DNA of 64,000 nt from Ranitomeya imitator. Its lineage: Eukaryota. Each line of letters opens with the position of its first letter. Position 1 is the stretch's first letter. A program made the position numbers and the translations under genes. Positions 27,053-38,888 of this stretch are shown here, in pieces. The stretch lies in NCBI RefSeq assembly GCF_032444005.1, contig NC_091285.1, forward strand, positions 15,500,001-15,564,000, written 5' to 3'. The notes under the pieces were generated by a model. The model did not search any database and had not been told where the DNA came from. It was given only the letters and a program-made list of their open reading frames with translations.

Positions 27053-30000
27053 ATGAAGCTGAGGGTCCGCGCCGGGAAGCAGAGCGGCCGCCTGGAGCTG
27101 CGGGACGGCGAGGAGACGCTGGGGGCGCTGCGGAGCCAACTGCGCGGGAGCTTCCTGCCCGGCCTGGGGTTCAGGTAGGTGAGAGGGCGGCGGGCCCGGG
27201 GGCCAGAGGCTGAGGGGAGCCCGGGGGCCAGAGGCTGAGGGGAGCGCGGGGGCGAGAGGCTGAGGGGAGCCCGGGGGCCGGAGGCTGAGGGGAGCGCGGG
27301 GGCCGGAGGCTGAGAGGAGCGCGGGGGCCGGAGGATGAGAGGAGCCCGGGGGCCAGAGGCTGAGAGGAGCGCGGGGGCCGGAGGATGAGAGGAGCGCGGG
27401 GGCCGGAGGATGAGAGGAGCGCGGGGGCCGGAGGATGAGAGGAGCGCGGGGGCCGGAGGATGAGAGGAGCGCGGGGGCCGGAGGCTGAGGGGAGCGCGGG
27501 GGCCGGAGGCTGAGAGGAGCGCGGGGGCCGGAGGATGAGAGGAGCGCGGGGGCCAGAGGCTGAGAGGAGCGCGGGGGCCGGAGGCTGAGAGGAGCCCGGG
27601 GGCCGGAGGATGAGAGGAGCGCGGGGGCCGGAGGATGAGAGGAGCGCGGGGGCCGGAGGATGAGAGGAGCGCGGGGGCCAGAGGATGAGAGGAGCGCGGG
27701 GGCCGGAGGATGAGAGGAGCGCGGGGGCCGGAGGATGAGAGGAGCGCGGGGGCCGGAGGCTGAGAGGAGCGCGGGGGCCGGAGGCTGAGGGGAGCCCGGG
27801 GGCCAGAGGCTGAGGGGAGCGCGGGGGCCACAGGCTGAGGGACCGTGTCCAGCGGAGTACTGGGGCCGCGTCCGGGGGCCACAGGCTGAGGGGCGGCGTC
27901 CAGCGGAGTCCGAGGGCCACAGGCTGAGGGGCGGCGTCCAGCGGAGTCCGGGGGCCACAGGCTGAGGGGCCGCGTCCAGCGGAGTCCGGGGGTCACAGGC
28001 TGAGGGGCCGCGTCCAGCGGAGTCCGGGGGCCACAGGCTGAGGGGCGGCGTCCAGCGGAGTCCGGGGGCCACAGGCTGAGGGGCCGCGTCCAGCGGAGTC
28101 CGGGGGCCACAGGCTGAGGGGCCGCGTCCAGCGGAGTCCGGGGGTCACAGGCTGAGGGGCCGCGTCCAGCGGAGTCCGGGGGCCACAGGCTGAGGGGCCG
28201 CGTCCAGCGGAGTCCGGGGGTCACAGGCTGAGGGGCCGCGTCCAGCGGAGTCCGGGGGCCACAGGCTGAGGGGCCGCGTCCAGCGGAGTCCGGGGGCCAC
28301 AGGCTGAGGGGCCGCGTCCAGCGGAGTCCGGGGGCCACAGGCTGAGGGGCCGCGTCCAGCGGAGTCCGGGGGCCACAGGCTGAGGGGCCGCGTCCAGCGG
28401 ATTCCGGGGGTCACAGGCTGAGGGGCCGCGTCCAGCGGAGTCCGGGGGCCACAGGCTGAGGGGCCGCGTCCAGCGGATTCCGGGGGTCACAGGCTGAGGG
28501 GCCGCCTCCAGCGGAGTACGGGTGTCACAGGCTGAGGGGCCGCGTCCAGCGGAGTCCGGGGGTCACAGGCTGAGGGGCCGCCTCCAGCGGAGTCCGGGGG
28601 TCACAGGCTGAGGGGCCGCCTCCAGCGGAGTACGGGTGTCACAGGCTGAGGGGCCGCGTCCAGCGGAGTCCGGGGGTCACAGGCTGAGGGGCCGCCTCCA
28701 GCGGAGTCCGGGGGTCACAGGCTGAGGGGCCGCCTCCAGCGGAGTACGGGTGTCACAGGCTGAGGGGCCGCGTCCAGCGGAGCATGGGGGAAAATTAGTT
28801 TTCCTTAAACACCCTCCCTCGCCCACAGTGTTTCCTCCCCTGCAGAGCCCCCCCTCACACAGTATATAAGGACCCCCGCGCACACTGTGACATCCCCCCC
28901 ATGCACACTATGACGTGCCCCCCGGAGCCCACTAACCCTGCACAGGCGACTGTCCCCACAGAGCCCCTGTCGTCGGCCTATTCCTGTCTTATCCACCAGG
29001 GGAGATTATGAGCACCGGAGAAAGCTTCTCCCGAGAGCAGGGCGCCTGACCTTTGCCCTCTCCTGAGGCATGATGGGAGGCAGGGGGTCCCTTGTGTGCC
29101 GCTGCTCACGGTCGTTTCGCTCCGGTTCTTTCCGCCCTCAGCCCTGATGTGGATTTCTCCATCACACTGAATGGCAGCGACTGCCTGGCGGAGGACGAGC
29201 GCAGCCTGGAGTCCTTGGGGATCGTATCCGGGGATCTGATCGTCATAGTAACCGATGAGCTCCCCGCCCCGGAGCAGCCGGCGCCTGCAGCCGCCACCGA
29301 CACCAAAGATGTCGGGTACAAAAGACAGAAATATGAGGGAGAAGCCGCTGAGGTGAGACGGAGTCGGCGCTGCTGCAGGAATTGCTTTTCTAGCGATTGT
29401 CTCATGTAAACCTGTTTCTCTGCAGGTGGAAGCGGCGGCAAACCGCTGCTCCCCGGAGCCCATGCTGATCAGCGAGGCCGCGGACGGGAAGATTCCGCAC
29501 TCCCTGGAGGCGCTGTACCCCGACTGCAGCTGCGCCAGCGACGCCCTCGTAATCGTTACCCACCGCCTCATGGTGGAGACCGGATACAAGGAGCAGGTGA
29601 GGAGTGACAGCGAGCGGCCATCGGGGGGCAGCAGAATAGTGAGTGCAGCTCTGGAGTATAATACAGGATGTAACTCAGGATCAGTAATGTAATGTATGTA
29701 CACAGTGACTGCACCAGCAGAATAGTGAGTGCAGCTCTGGGGTATAATACAGGATGTAACTCAGGATCAGTAATGTAATGTATGTACACAGTGACTGCAC
29801 CAGCAGAATAGTGAGTGCAGCTCTGGAGTATAATACAGGATGTAACTCAGGATCAGTAATGTAATGTATGTACACAGTGACTGCACCAGCAGAATAGTGA
29901 GTGCAGCACTGGAGAATAATACAGGAGGTAACTCAGGATCAGTAATGTAATGTATGTACACAGTGACTGCACCAGCAGAATAGTGAGTGCAGCTCTGGAG

Positions 30001-33000
30001 TATAATACAGGATGTAACTCAGGATCAGTAATGTAATGTATGTACACAGTGACTGCACCAGCAGAATAGTGAGTGCAGCACTGGAGAATAATACAGGAGG
30101 TAACTCAGGATCAGTAATGTAATGTATGTACACAGTGACTGCACCAGCAGAATAGTGAGTGCAGCTCTGGGGTATAATACAGGATGTAACAGGATCAGTA
30201 ATGTAATGTATGTACACAGTGACTGCACCAGCAGAATAGTGAGTGCAGCTCTGGGGTATAATACAGGATGTAACTCAGGATCAGTAATGTAATGTATGTA
30301 CACAGTGACTGCACCAGCAGAATAGTGAGTGCAGCTCTGGAGTATAATACAGGAGGTAACTCAGGATCAGTAATGTAATGTATGTACACAGTGACTGCAC
30401 CAGCAGAATAGTGAGGGCAGCTCTGGGGTATAATACAGGATGTAACTCAGGATCAGTAATGTAATGTATGTACACAGTGACTGCACCAGCAGAATAGTGA
30501 GCGCAGCTCTGGAGTATAATACAGGATGTAACTCAGGATCAGTAATGTAATGTATGTACACAGTGACTGCACCAGCAGAATACTGAGCGCAGCTCTGGAG
30601 TATAATACAGGATGTAACTCAGGATCAGTAATGTAATGTATGTACACAGTGACTGCACCAGCAGAATAGTGAGTGCAGCTCTGGAGTATAATACAGGATG
30701 TAGCTCAGGATCAGTAATGTAATGTATGTACACAGTGACTGCACCAGCAGAATAGTGAGTGCAGCTCTGGAGTATAATACAGGATGTAGCTCAGGATCAG
30801 TAATGTAATGTATGTACACAGAGACTGCACCAGCAGAATAGTGAGTGCAGCTCTGGGGTATAATACAGGATGTAACTCAGGATTAGTAATGTATGTACAC
30901 AGTGACTGCACCAGCAGAATAGTGAGTGCAGCTCTGGAGTATAATACAGGAGGTAACTCAGGATCAGTAATGTAATGTATGTACACAGTGACTGCACCAG
31001 CAGAATAGTGAGTGCAGCTCTGGAGTATAATACAGGATGTAACTCAGGATCAGTAATGTAATGTATGTACACAGTGACTGCACCAGCAGAATAGTGAGTG
31101 CAGCTCTGGAGTATAATACAGGATGTAACTCAGGATCAGTAATGTAATGTATGTACACAGTGACTGCACCAGCAGAATAGTGAGTGCAGCTCTGGAGTAT
31201 AATACAGGATGTAACTCAGGATCAGTAATGTAATGTATGTACACAGTGACTGCACCAGCAGAATAGTGAGCGCAGCTCTGGAGTATAATACAGGATGTAA
31301 CTCAGGATCAGTAATGTAATGTATGTACACAGTGACTGCACCAGCAGAATAGTGAGTGCAGCTCTGGAGTATAATACAGGATGGATTTCTTTCACTCTCC
31401 TTATTGCCTGTTCTTGCACTTTCCAGGGTGTGACGCACAAGGTGTCTTCCATGCCTGAGGACTGGAGAAGTGGTGACGGCGTCTACAAGCTCCACTACTC
31501 CCATCCGCTGTGCGGTGACAGCTCCACAGCGCTGGTCTGTGTGCCAATGGGCAAACTTCTGATCATCAATGGTGAGCCCGGTATTACAGTGAGGGAGATG
31601 TCTCTTCTTCAGTCGGCTCCCGAGCCGCATTCACAACTCCACTGTGTCTTTTGTGGAGTGTCTTGCTGCGTTGTTATATACCATAGTCTGTGGGATCACT
31701 AGTAATCGGTTGTGGCTTGTGATGCAGCTTTAGATGTGAGTGGAGTACGGAGTCTCGCGTCTGATCTTACATTACTCTGTCTTGTCTCTTTGCAGCCACT
31801 TTAACCATCGGCGGTGAGCTGAGGTGCATGAAGAGGCTGCAGATTCTCATCGATTCCTACATCTCCTTCCCGCAAGAAGGTAAGAAAGTCACGGCAGGAC
31901 TGTACAGACTGGACAAAGGCCACATAACAGCCCACAGGGACCCCCTTCTCTGTACAGCGGCTGGTCTTGCTGTGATGCGAAACTGCGCTGTGAGCCAAAT
32001 AGATTGTGCCAGCTTCTCCTTCTACCCTCTCACAGCATGAGTCTCACAGGCTGAAATGACTCCTCATCTTCTTTCTCTCACAGCAGGAGTCTCGCAGAGA
32101 GGCTGTAATATGACTCCTCATCTTTCTCTCACAGAGAGGCTGTAACATGACTCCTCATGTTCCTTCTCTCACAGCATGAGTCTCACAGAGAGGCTGTAAT
32201 ATGACTCCTCTTGTCTCACAGCATGAGTCTCTCACAGTGGCTGTAATATGACTCTTCATCTTCCCTCTCTCACAGCATGAGTATCACAGAGGGGCTGTAA
32301 TGTGACTCCTCTACCTTCACCCCCTCTCACAGCATGAGTCTCACAGGCGTAATATGACTCCTCATCTTTTTCTCACAGAGAAGCTGTAACATGACTCCTC
32401 ATGTTCCTTCTTTCACAGCATGAGTCTCACAGAGAGGCTATAATATGACTTCATCTTCCTTCTCTCACAGCATGAGTATCACAGAGGGGCTGTAATGTGT
32501 CTCCTCTACCTTCTCCCCCCTCTCACAGCATGTGTCTCACAAAGAGGCTGTGATATGACTCCTCATCTTCCTTCTTCTCCTCCCCCATCCCCCCCCCCCC
32601 ATTTCACCCAGTGACTCATGTCTGTAACACCATCCCTCCTCCTTCTCTTTTTTTTTTCCCCCATCCCACAGCAAGAGTCTCAAGCAGACCGTGAATGAGA
32701 AATTCCTCTGCAGCTGCATCCCCCTCCTCCCTCTCTATCTGCCCTGAGACCGCAGTCATCATCACATTATACTACCAATGCAAATCACTTTCCTTTTAGA
32801 CCGTTCTGTGGCCTCGGTGTACAGGGACTTGCAGAAGTTATCACGCCTCTTCAAAGATCAGGTGGTGTACCCTTTACTTGCTGCTACTCGGCAAGGTAAG
32901 AGCTCAGCGGCGCCCCCATAGGGGACTGGGGGGAGGGCTGCAGCTAGTGGATCTGACCATTTCGCACTCCTCCATCCCACAGCCCTGGGTCTTCCCGATG

Positions 33001-33805
33001 TCTTTGGTTTGGTGGTTTTGCCCCCGGAGCTGAAGCTGCGGATCTTCCGTCTTCTGGACGTTCGCTCCATCTTGTCGCTTGGCGCCACATGTAAAAATCT
33101 GCACGCGGACGTCGAAGACCCTTCCCTGTGGAGGTTCCTCTACCGGCGAGATTTCAAGGGTAAAGCGATGGTGTTATGTAGTGTCTTATACTCCACTCCC
33201 ACACAAAGCTGCGTTCTCAGCTCTGCAGGATTCCTGAGGACTCTCAAGCATTCTAACTGCAGCTTTGGCTGTGACTAGAGTATAAGACGATCTTACTCCT
33301 GATGCGTTTGTGCTTGATAAGTAACCGTTGTCTCTGTTTATAATTAGATGGCAGCGAACGAGACCCCCACCACACAGACTGGAAGGAGGTAGGTGCCCAC
33401 TTCCCTATCCTCACACCCCTCTCCCCCCGGTCACACAGTGACTGACCCCTTAACAGACGCCGCTCGTCTCCTTCTTGTGTCTTGCAGCTTTATAAGAGTA
33501 AGCAGACTCAGCTCAGAGTCCTGCGCCTTACACGCCATCCCTACAACCCGGACTACCCACCGTTTCGCCCCGACCCTTTCCATCCTGACCAGTTGCCACC
33601 CAACTATCCCTACCCGCCGGGCATCATCGGGGGCGAGTATGACCAGCGCCCCACGTTTCCATTTCCTAGAGATCCCCTTTCATTATTAAACCCGCGCAGA
33701 CCTTACGACCCGGGACTTTTTCAGGTCCCCAGGCCCCGGTTTAACCCCCCGTTACCCGGTCATTTTGGTGAATCGTCACGTTCAAGACGGGGGCCTTTCT
33801 TGTGA
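27053..33805 (+). CDS. FBXO7: F-box only protein 7 (Ubl, FP domain, F-box, proline-rich C-terminus), complete
   Basis: Nine GT-AG exons: 27053-27174, 29142-29352, 29426-29596, 31427-31571, 31796-31879, 32800-32895, 32983-33159, 33348-33388, 33488-33805. Total 1365 nt = 454 aa + stop. Starts MKLRVR; F-box [26 protein letters not shown]; PI31-like [12 protein letters not shown]. Confidence 0.95.
27195..27825 (+). repeat. 25-bp GC-rich tandem repeat, FBXO7 intron 1
   Basis: Unit gaggagcgcgggggccggaggatga. Confidence 0.95.
27826..28785 (+). repeat. 38-bp GC-rich tandem repeat, FBXO7 intron 1
   Basis: Unit cacaggctgaggggccgcgtccagcggagtccgggggc. Confidence 0.95.
29628..31382 (+). repeat. 86-bp minisatellite array, about 20 copies, FBXO7 intron 3
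   Basis: Same unit as 6001-13305. Confidence 0.98.
32025..32560 (+). repeat. Degenerate tandem repeat, FBXO7 intron 5
   Basis: Recurring ctctcacagcatgagtctcacagagaggctgtaatatgactcctcatc with variable unit length. Confidence 0.85.
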
Positions 33806-36800
33806 AAGAGATCAAGTGCCCCCCTATCGTATTCGGGACCCTGGACCGATCCTACTGAGGTACGCTGGCCAATCGGAGGCACTACTACTCCCAGGAGAGG
33901 ATGGGAGGTCGCACCGCTCCTGTTTATCCTCTTCAGATGGAGTTTATGTTCTCATTTACTAATTTGTTAAAGGGAAAGTCCACCGAGGAGCAAACTGCCT
34001 TATTTACAGTTTACGTTTTTTTTTTCCCTTTTGAAGGGGGCTAGTAACAGCTGAGCCCCTTTTAATAACCCAGCGGGGTCATACCTAGGGGTACACTTAC
34101 TTCACTTAGTACATTATTGTACCCATCATCCAAAATTTTGAAAAAATTCTGGTGACTGCAATTTTCCCCCAATTTTTCACTCCCTTTGTCTGGCTCTATG
34201 GGGTCCAGGAAGCTGAGATTTGGGGGGTGGTTTGATGGGGTCCTTACACTGCCGAGCTGCTGGGAAGTTTGGTCGCTGGCAATTAATTCCTTAACGGGCA
34301 TCTCGTCATATAGCTCAACTTCCTATGATCGTTATTAAGTAGACCGCCCTCCATTTTTTTTTTCTTTTATGGCTTGAAAGCATCTAAAATAAAAGATGGA
34401 GCGAGACAGTGATTAAAAAAAAAAATCTACCGTTTTGCGTATACAGCTATTATGCAGAACTATGCATCACTGTGGTAACAGACTACAAACAAAACACCCC
34501 ATGTAGTCCGATCCTCCCCCAACGCCCTTCCAACTGTTCTCTTCCTGATGGAACGACAACTCCCATATTTCAGAGGGAGGGGCAGAGGCGAGGCAGCGAT
34601 GCTCACAAGATCTGACTACATGGAGTTTGTAGTCTGTTTCCATAGAGACAAGTTGAACCTAAAACTGAAATCTGTCCATCACAAAGTTATACTTTTTTTT
34701 TTTTGTGTGTGTGTGCGTTTCCATCAATAGACGATCAGCATAAGGTGGGGTAAAGCTCTCCGGCTGGTGTTAGATTGTAAGCTCTTTGGGGCAGAATAAG
34801 TTGGAAATATTTCAGATTTCAGTTGAATGAAGTTATAAAATGGCTTTTTACATTGTTTGTTGCTAATTTTGTCCTATACTGAGGACAATAATAATTAAAA
34901 AAAAGAAAAAAAAGTTGCTTATAAAAAGTTCCAGACTCTAATATCTTTAATTACAGTTGTGTCTGAGCTAGTGGGTAGAAACCAGCTGCTGTGATGTGTC
35001 TCCCATATACAACACACAGACATGAGGGATTCCTGCTCTCTTATCTAGCACATGTTCAGACCCAGCAGCTGCACAGATGATATAATACAGCAGTGTGGCT
35101 GTGAATCCAGCTGTAAGATAAATTAAAACACGGGGACATTATACAGCAGTACTGAGCAGTGTAGCTGTGCATCCAACACTGGGATGAGCTACAGCCCTTA
35201 CAATGCTAGTAAACATCTTCTCGCTTCTCCCCCCTCCCTCCCTCTCTGCTCTCCCTCTTGCTCACTGCTCTTCCCCCCCCCCCTCGCTCGCTGCTCTCCT
35301 TTCCCGCTCGCTGCTCTTCTCCCCATTCTCTTTTGCTGCTTTTTTCAATCTCTAGTGCCATCAATAAACGGCTTTGACCTGATTCCTCAGTGGGCAGCCT
35401 GTCTTGTATACAGCTGGATGGATTCGAGCCGTTTTTTAGAGTGGAGAAGTGGCTCATAAGTGGAGAAAGACAGTTTTTGTTTTTTTCTGAATTATATTGT
35501 ACTGTTGATTTTATGCAAAATTTGTTAAAACAAAAAAACATTTAGGCAGCTTTTATTTATTTTTTTTCTACTATCATCAAAATAAACACAAATACACAAA
35601 ACGTAAAGCAGGAAGATCCTGGAGTAAAACTGTGGAATCCAAGGCCACATCTTCCATCATCCACCCCCACCTTTTTCAATTACCCAAAAATCGCCTTCTC
35701 AGTGCTCCTTACTTGTCCAGAGTCCGGCTCTACCTCCACTTTCCAGGATTAGTGAAACATAGCTGCCATACCTGTTTATCGATTGTATCTTCAGTTCAGT
35801 TCCATTGAAGTAAATGAAACTGGACTGCAATACCATTAAAAACCTGTAGACAGGTGGGGCGCTGTTTCTAGAAGAAAACTCATGTTTCTATAACCCTGGA
35901 CAAGCTTCTCTAAAGGAACTGAAATGAAGCTGTGATTTGGAGAATGAGGAAAATAAATGTAAATTCTACAGGTGTACGAATTCAATAGTAGAAGATGGTA
36001 TCAAATACCCAGTTCTAAGTGCAAGCTGCAGAATCCCAATAAAGAACATTTTCTTCTTGATATATACATTGCTATGGGTTTGGGTTTCTTTTTTTTTATT
36101 TTTATCATTTGCATGTTGGTCTTCAAGCCAAGATGTGAAAAGTGGGAAATCTCTCTGAGGACATGAGTTAACGACTCACAGTATATGGCTCTGTTCTTGG
36201 TCTCTATATTACTTGAAGACCCAAAGGATGGGAAGCATTGATGACGTAACCTGATGTAACCGAGAAATTTCACATTTTTATGAATTATCTAAAATTCAGA
36301 TTTCAAGACTTGATTTTATATTTCTGTAATCAGCACCAATAATCCACAAATTTAGATCAGGGGACAGTAATGGGGTCCGACTTAACTCCAATTGAGAACT
36401 TTACCTGAAAATTCAAACTGCATAGAATGTCCTCATCTCCCATATGTTGGGGCATATGGACACAAGTGGATCAATGGCTTTTGTGGGATACATAAACCAA
36501 TTCAGACCTCTTTGAGGCCCAAAGGATGGAAGCATAAATTGTAAACCTGATTAAACTGAAAAATGTTGCATCTTGTATGCGAGTTAGATTCTTAAGACGT
36601 AATTTTATGCTTTTTTATTCGGACTCCCATGACAGCACACGAGAGAGGGGATCCGCCCTTAAGGAACAGGAAACCTACAGATACAAAAGGGCGGCACCTC
36701 TCCCCATGCATCAGTTGGTTTCCTGTTCCTGAAGGGACTGGATGCCTATAGAAACTACAGAAGTCCAGGCCGGCCGGACCGATTCTGGTGGCGAGAGGGT

Positions 36801-37287
36801 CTCCCACTTCGGCCGGTGCGGGTACCTGAAGTAGTCACGGTGGCCCTGGCAGGGCGGCACGGCGGTGACTAGGCAGCGAGGAGCGGTCGCCAGGGGGTGT
36901 CCGGTCTCCGGGGCCAGCGTCTGGTAAGTCGCCCTTCCCGTGGGCTGTGGGTCTCTCTGGAGCAGGGGGGAGCGCGGCGGCATCTGGGGGCGCCGATCGG
37001 ATCGTAGCTGGCTGGCCTCGGCGTTCCACGAGAGCTGCAGCGCTGACAGGAAGCGCTGTAAGCTGTGGTGACGTCGGGGGGCGGAGCCGGCGACGTCTTC
37101 CGGATCGGCGAGCTCCTGCGCATGCGCGGGGGCTCCAAGATGGCGGCGCCCACCGGAGATCATGCCGCAATCCCTCCGGAGCGACGATTGATTCCCCACA
37201 GCTGCGGGGGGGGCGGGAAAATTAAACAAACAAGCTGGGCAAGGTGCGCTGACCGAAGGAGGGGCCTTATAAGGCGGCTCCAGCAGC

Positions 37288-38888
37288 ATGTTCCCGGGTT
37301 CTGGCTCCAATTTACTGAAAATGGATTCAGATCAGGATCAGCAGGTTGTGCTGCTGGAACAAGCATCCCAGAAACCCAAGGAGAAGGAACATGAAAAAAG
37401 GAGCGATGGTTCGGGCCGCAGAAGCTCCTCCAGACAGGGGTCTGGAGGGTCAGTCAAAAAGGATCCCCCTCATGCTTCGGTATTTCTGGGTGTGAGCAGC
37501 CACTGGTAAGTGATCTTCGAGAAAGTTCACTTAGTGACTAGTCTCCCCTCATGTGTTTTATGCAGGGAAGGAAAAACGTCAGTAAGGCGAAGCATAGGGA
37601 ATGTGCCATCTGCGGGGTTCCCTTGCCTGACTCACACCCTAAAAAACTATGTGACCCCTGTATCCAGCAGACGGTGAGGTTCTGGAAGGAGGGGAGGGGG
37701 TATAGCATGTAGATTTTACACTCTAGTCTACCTTACTTATCCCCGTAGGTAGCCGAAGAATCCTCCTCTATTACGGCCAGTCTCAAGGAGATGATTAGAA
37801 TGGAGGTTAAGGAGTCCTTTAAAAACCTTTCACAGTCAGGAGGTTCTAGGCAGAGAACTGAGTGGGCATCTGATTCGTCTGTGGAAAAGGACAAGTCCGA
37901 AGAATCAGACAATTCAGCAGCATCATCCTCCTCTTCGGAAGAAGACGCTGCTCGGTTTTGCCTACCCCTAGAAAGGATAGACAAATTGGTAAAGGCGGTC
38001 AGAGGCACAATGGGTATATCGGAACCCAAGCCTCAACTATCCAAAGAACAAATGATGTTCAGTGGATTGGAGCAAAAGAAGCGCAGAGTGTTTCCTTTAA
38101 ATGAGAAAATACAAGATCTTATTAATAGGGAATGGAGGAAACCTGAGAGAAAAGGCTCCTTACCACCTGCGCAAAAACGCCGATACCCTTTTGATGACCC
38201 AGCAGTAGGTAACTGGGAGAAAGCACCCAAGCTGGATGCAGCAATTGCCAAGGTAGCTAAACGATCTTCTCTCCCATTTGAAGATATGGGAACACTTAAA
38301 GACCCCCTGGATAGGAAAGTGGATACCTTCCTGAAGGGAACCTGGGAGATGGCAGCTGGCTCCTTAAGACCTGCGGTAGCTTCAACCTGCACGGCAAGGT
38401 CAATGATGGTCTGGCTGGACCAGTTGGAGACCCAATTAAAACAAGGGGCCTCTAGAGAGTCCATTCTCTCAGCATTACCTGTAATCCAGGAGGGGGCGGC
38501 TTTTTTATCAGACGCCTCAATTGACTCCGTAAAGTTGGCAGCTAGAGCAGCAGGACTTTCTAATGCTGCAAGGAGAGCCCTATGGCTGAAATGCTGGCCG
38601 GGGGATATGCAGGCAAAAGCGAAGCTCTGCGCTATCCCTTGTAAAGGCGAATATTTATTTGGGCCTACCCTGGATGAACTCCTGGAGAAAGCAGGAGATG
38701 ATAAGAAAAAGTTTCCCAACCTGTTCAATCCATACCGTCGTCCCTTCAACAAAAGAAGGTTCAACCGGGGAGGAAAGCGAGCCTTTTCACCAGGGAGAGA
38801 TCGTCCCAGATGGGAGGATAGGCGAAAGCGAGGTACAGGTCTCATGTTTCGCCGTAACCAGACGGAAAATAAAAAACAAGACCAATGA
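37288..38888 (+). CDS. DIRS ORF1 gag-like protein (LAP2alpha-like domain), probably spliced
   Basis: The main exon 37749-38888 has VFPLNEKIQDLINREWRKPE...APKLDAAIA...LKDPLDRKVD, typical of vertebrate DIRS ORF1. Putative upstream exons are 37288-37491 and 37566-37673 (CAIC-x12-CDPC). Confidence 0.8.

Noticed and set aside
26935-28490. Long Pro/Arg-rich minus-strand ORFs
   Set aside because: Artefacts of GC-rich 25-bp and 38-bp repeats in FBXO7 intron 1.
6001-31382. Hundreds of 64-aa [11 protein letters not shown]... ORFs
   Set aside because: These are translations of the 86-bp repeat inside spliced introns; the ORF period equals the unit length and there are no gene features.
34062-34320. 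79-aa minus-strand ORF downstream of FBXO7
   Set aside because: Protein-like composition, but no recognisable family, donor site or partner exons.
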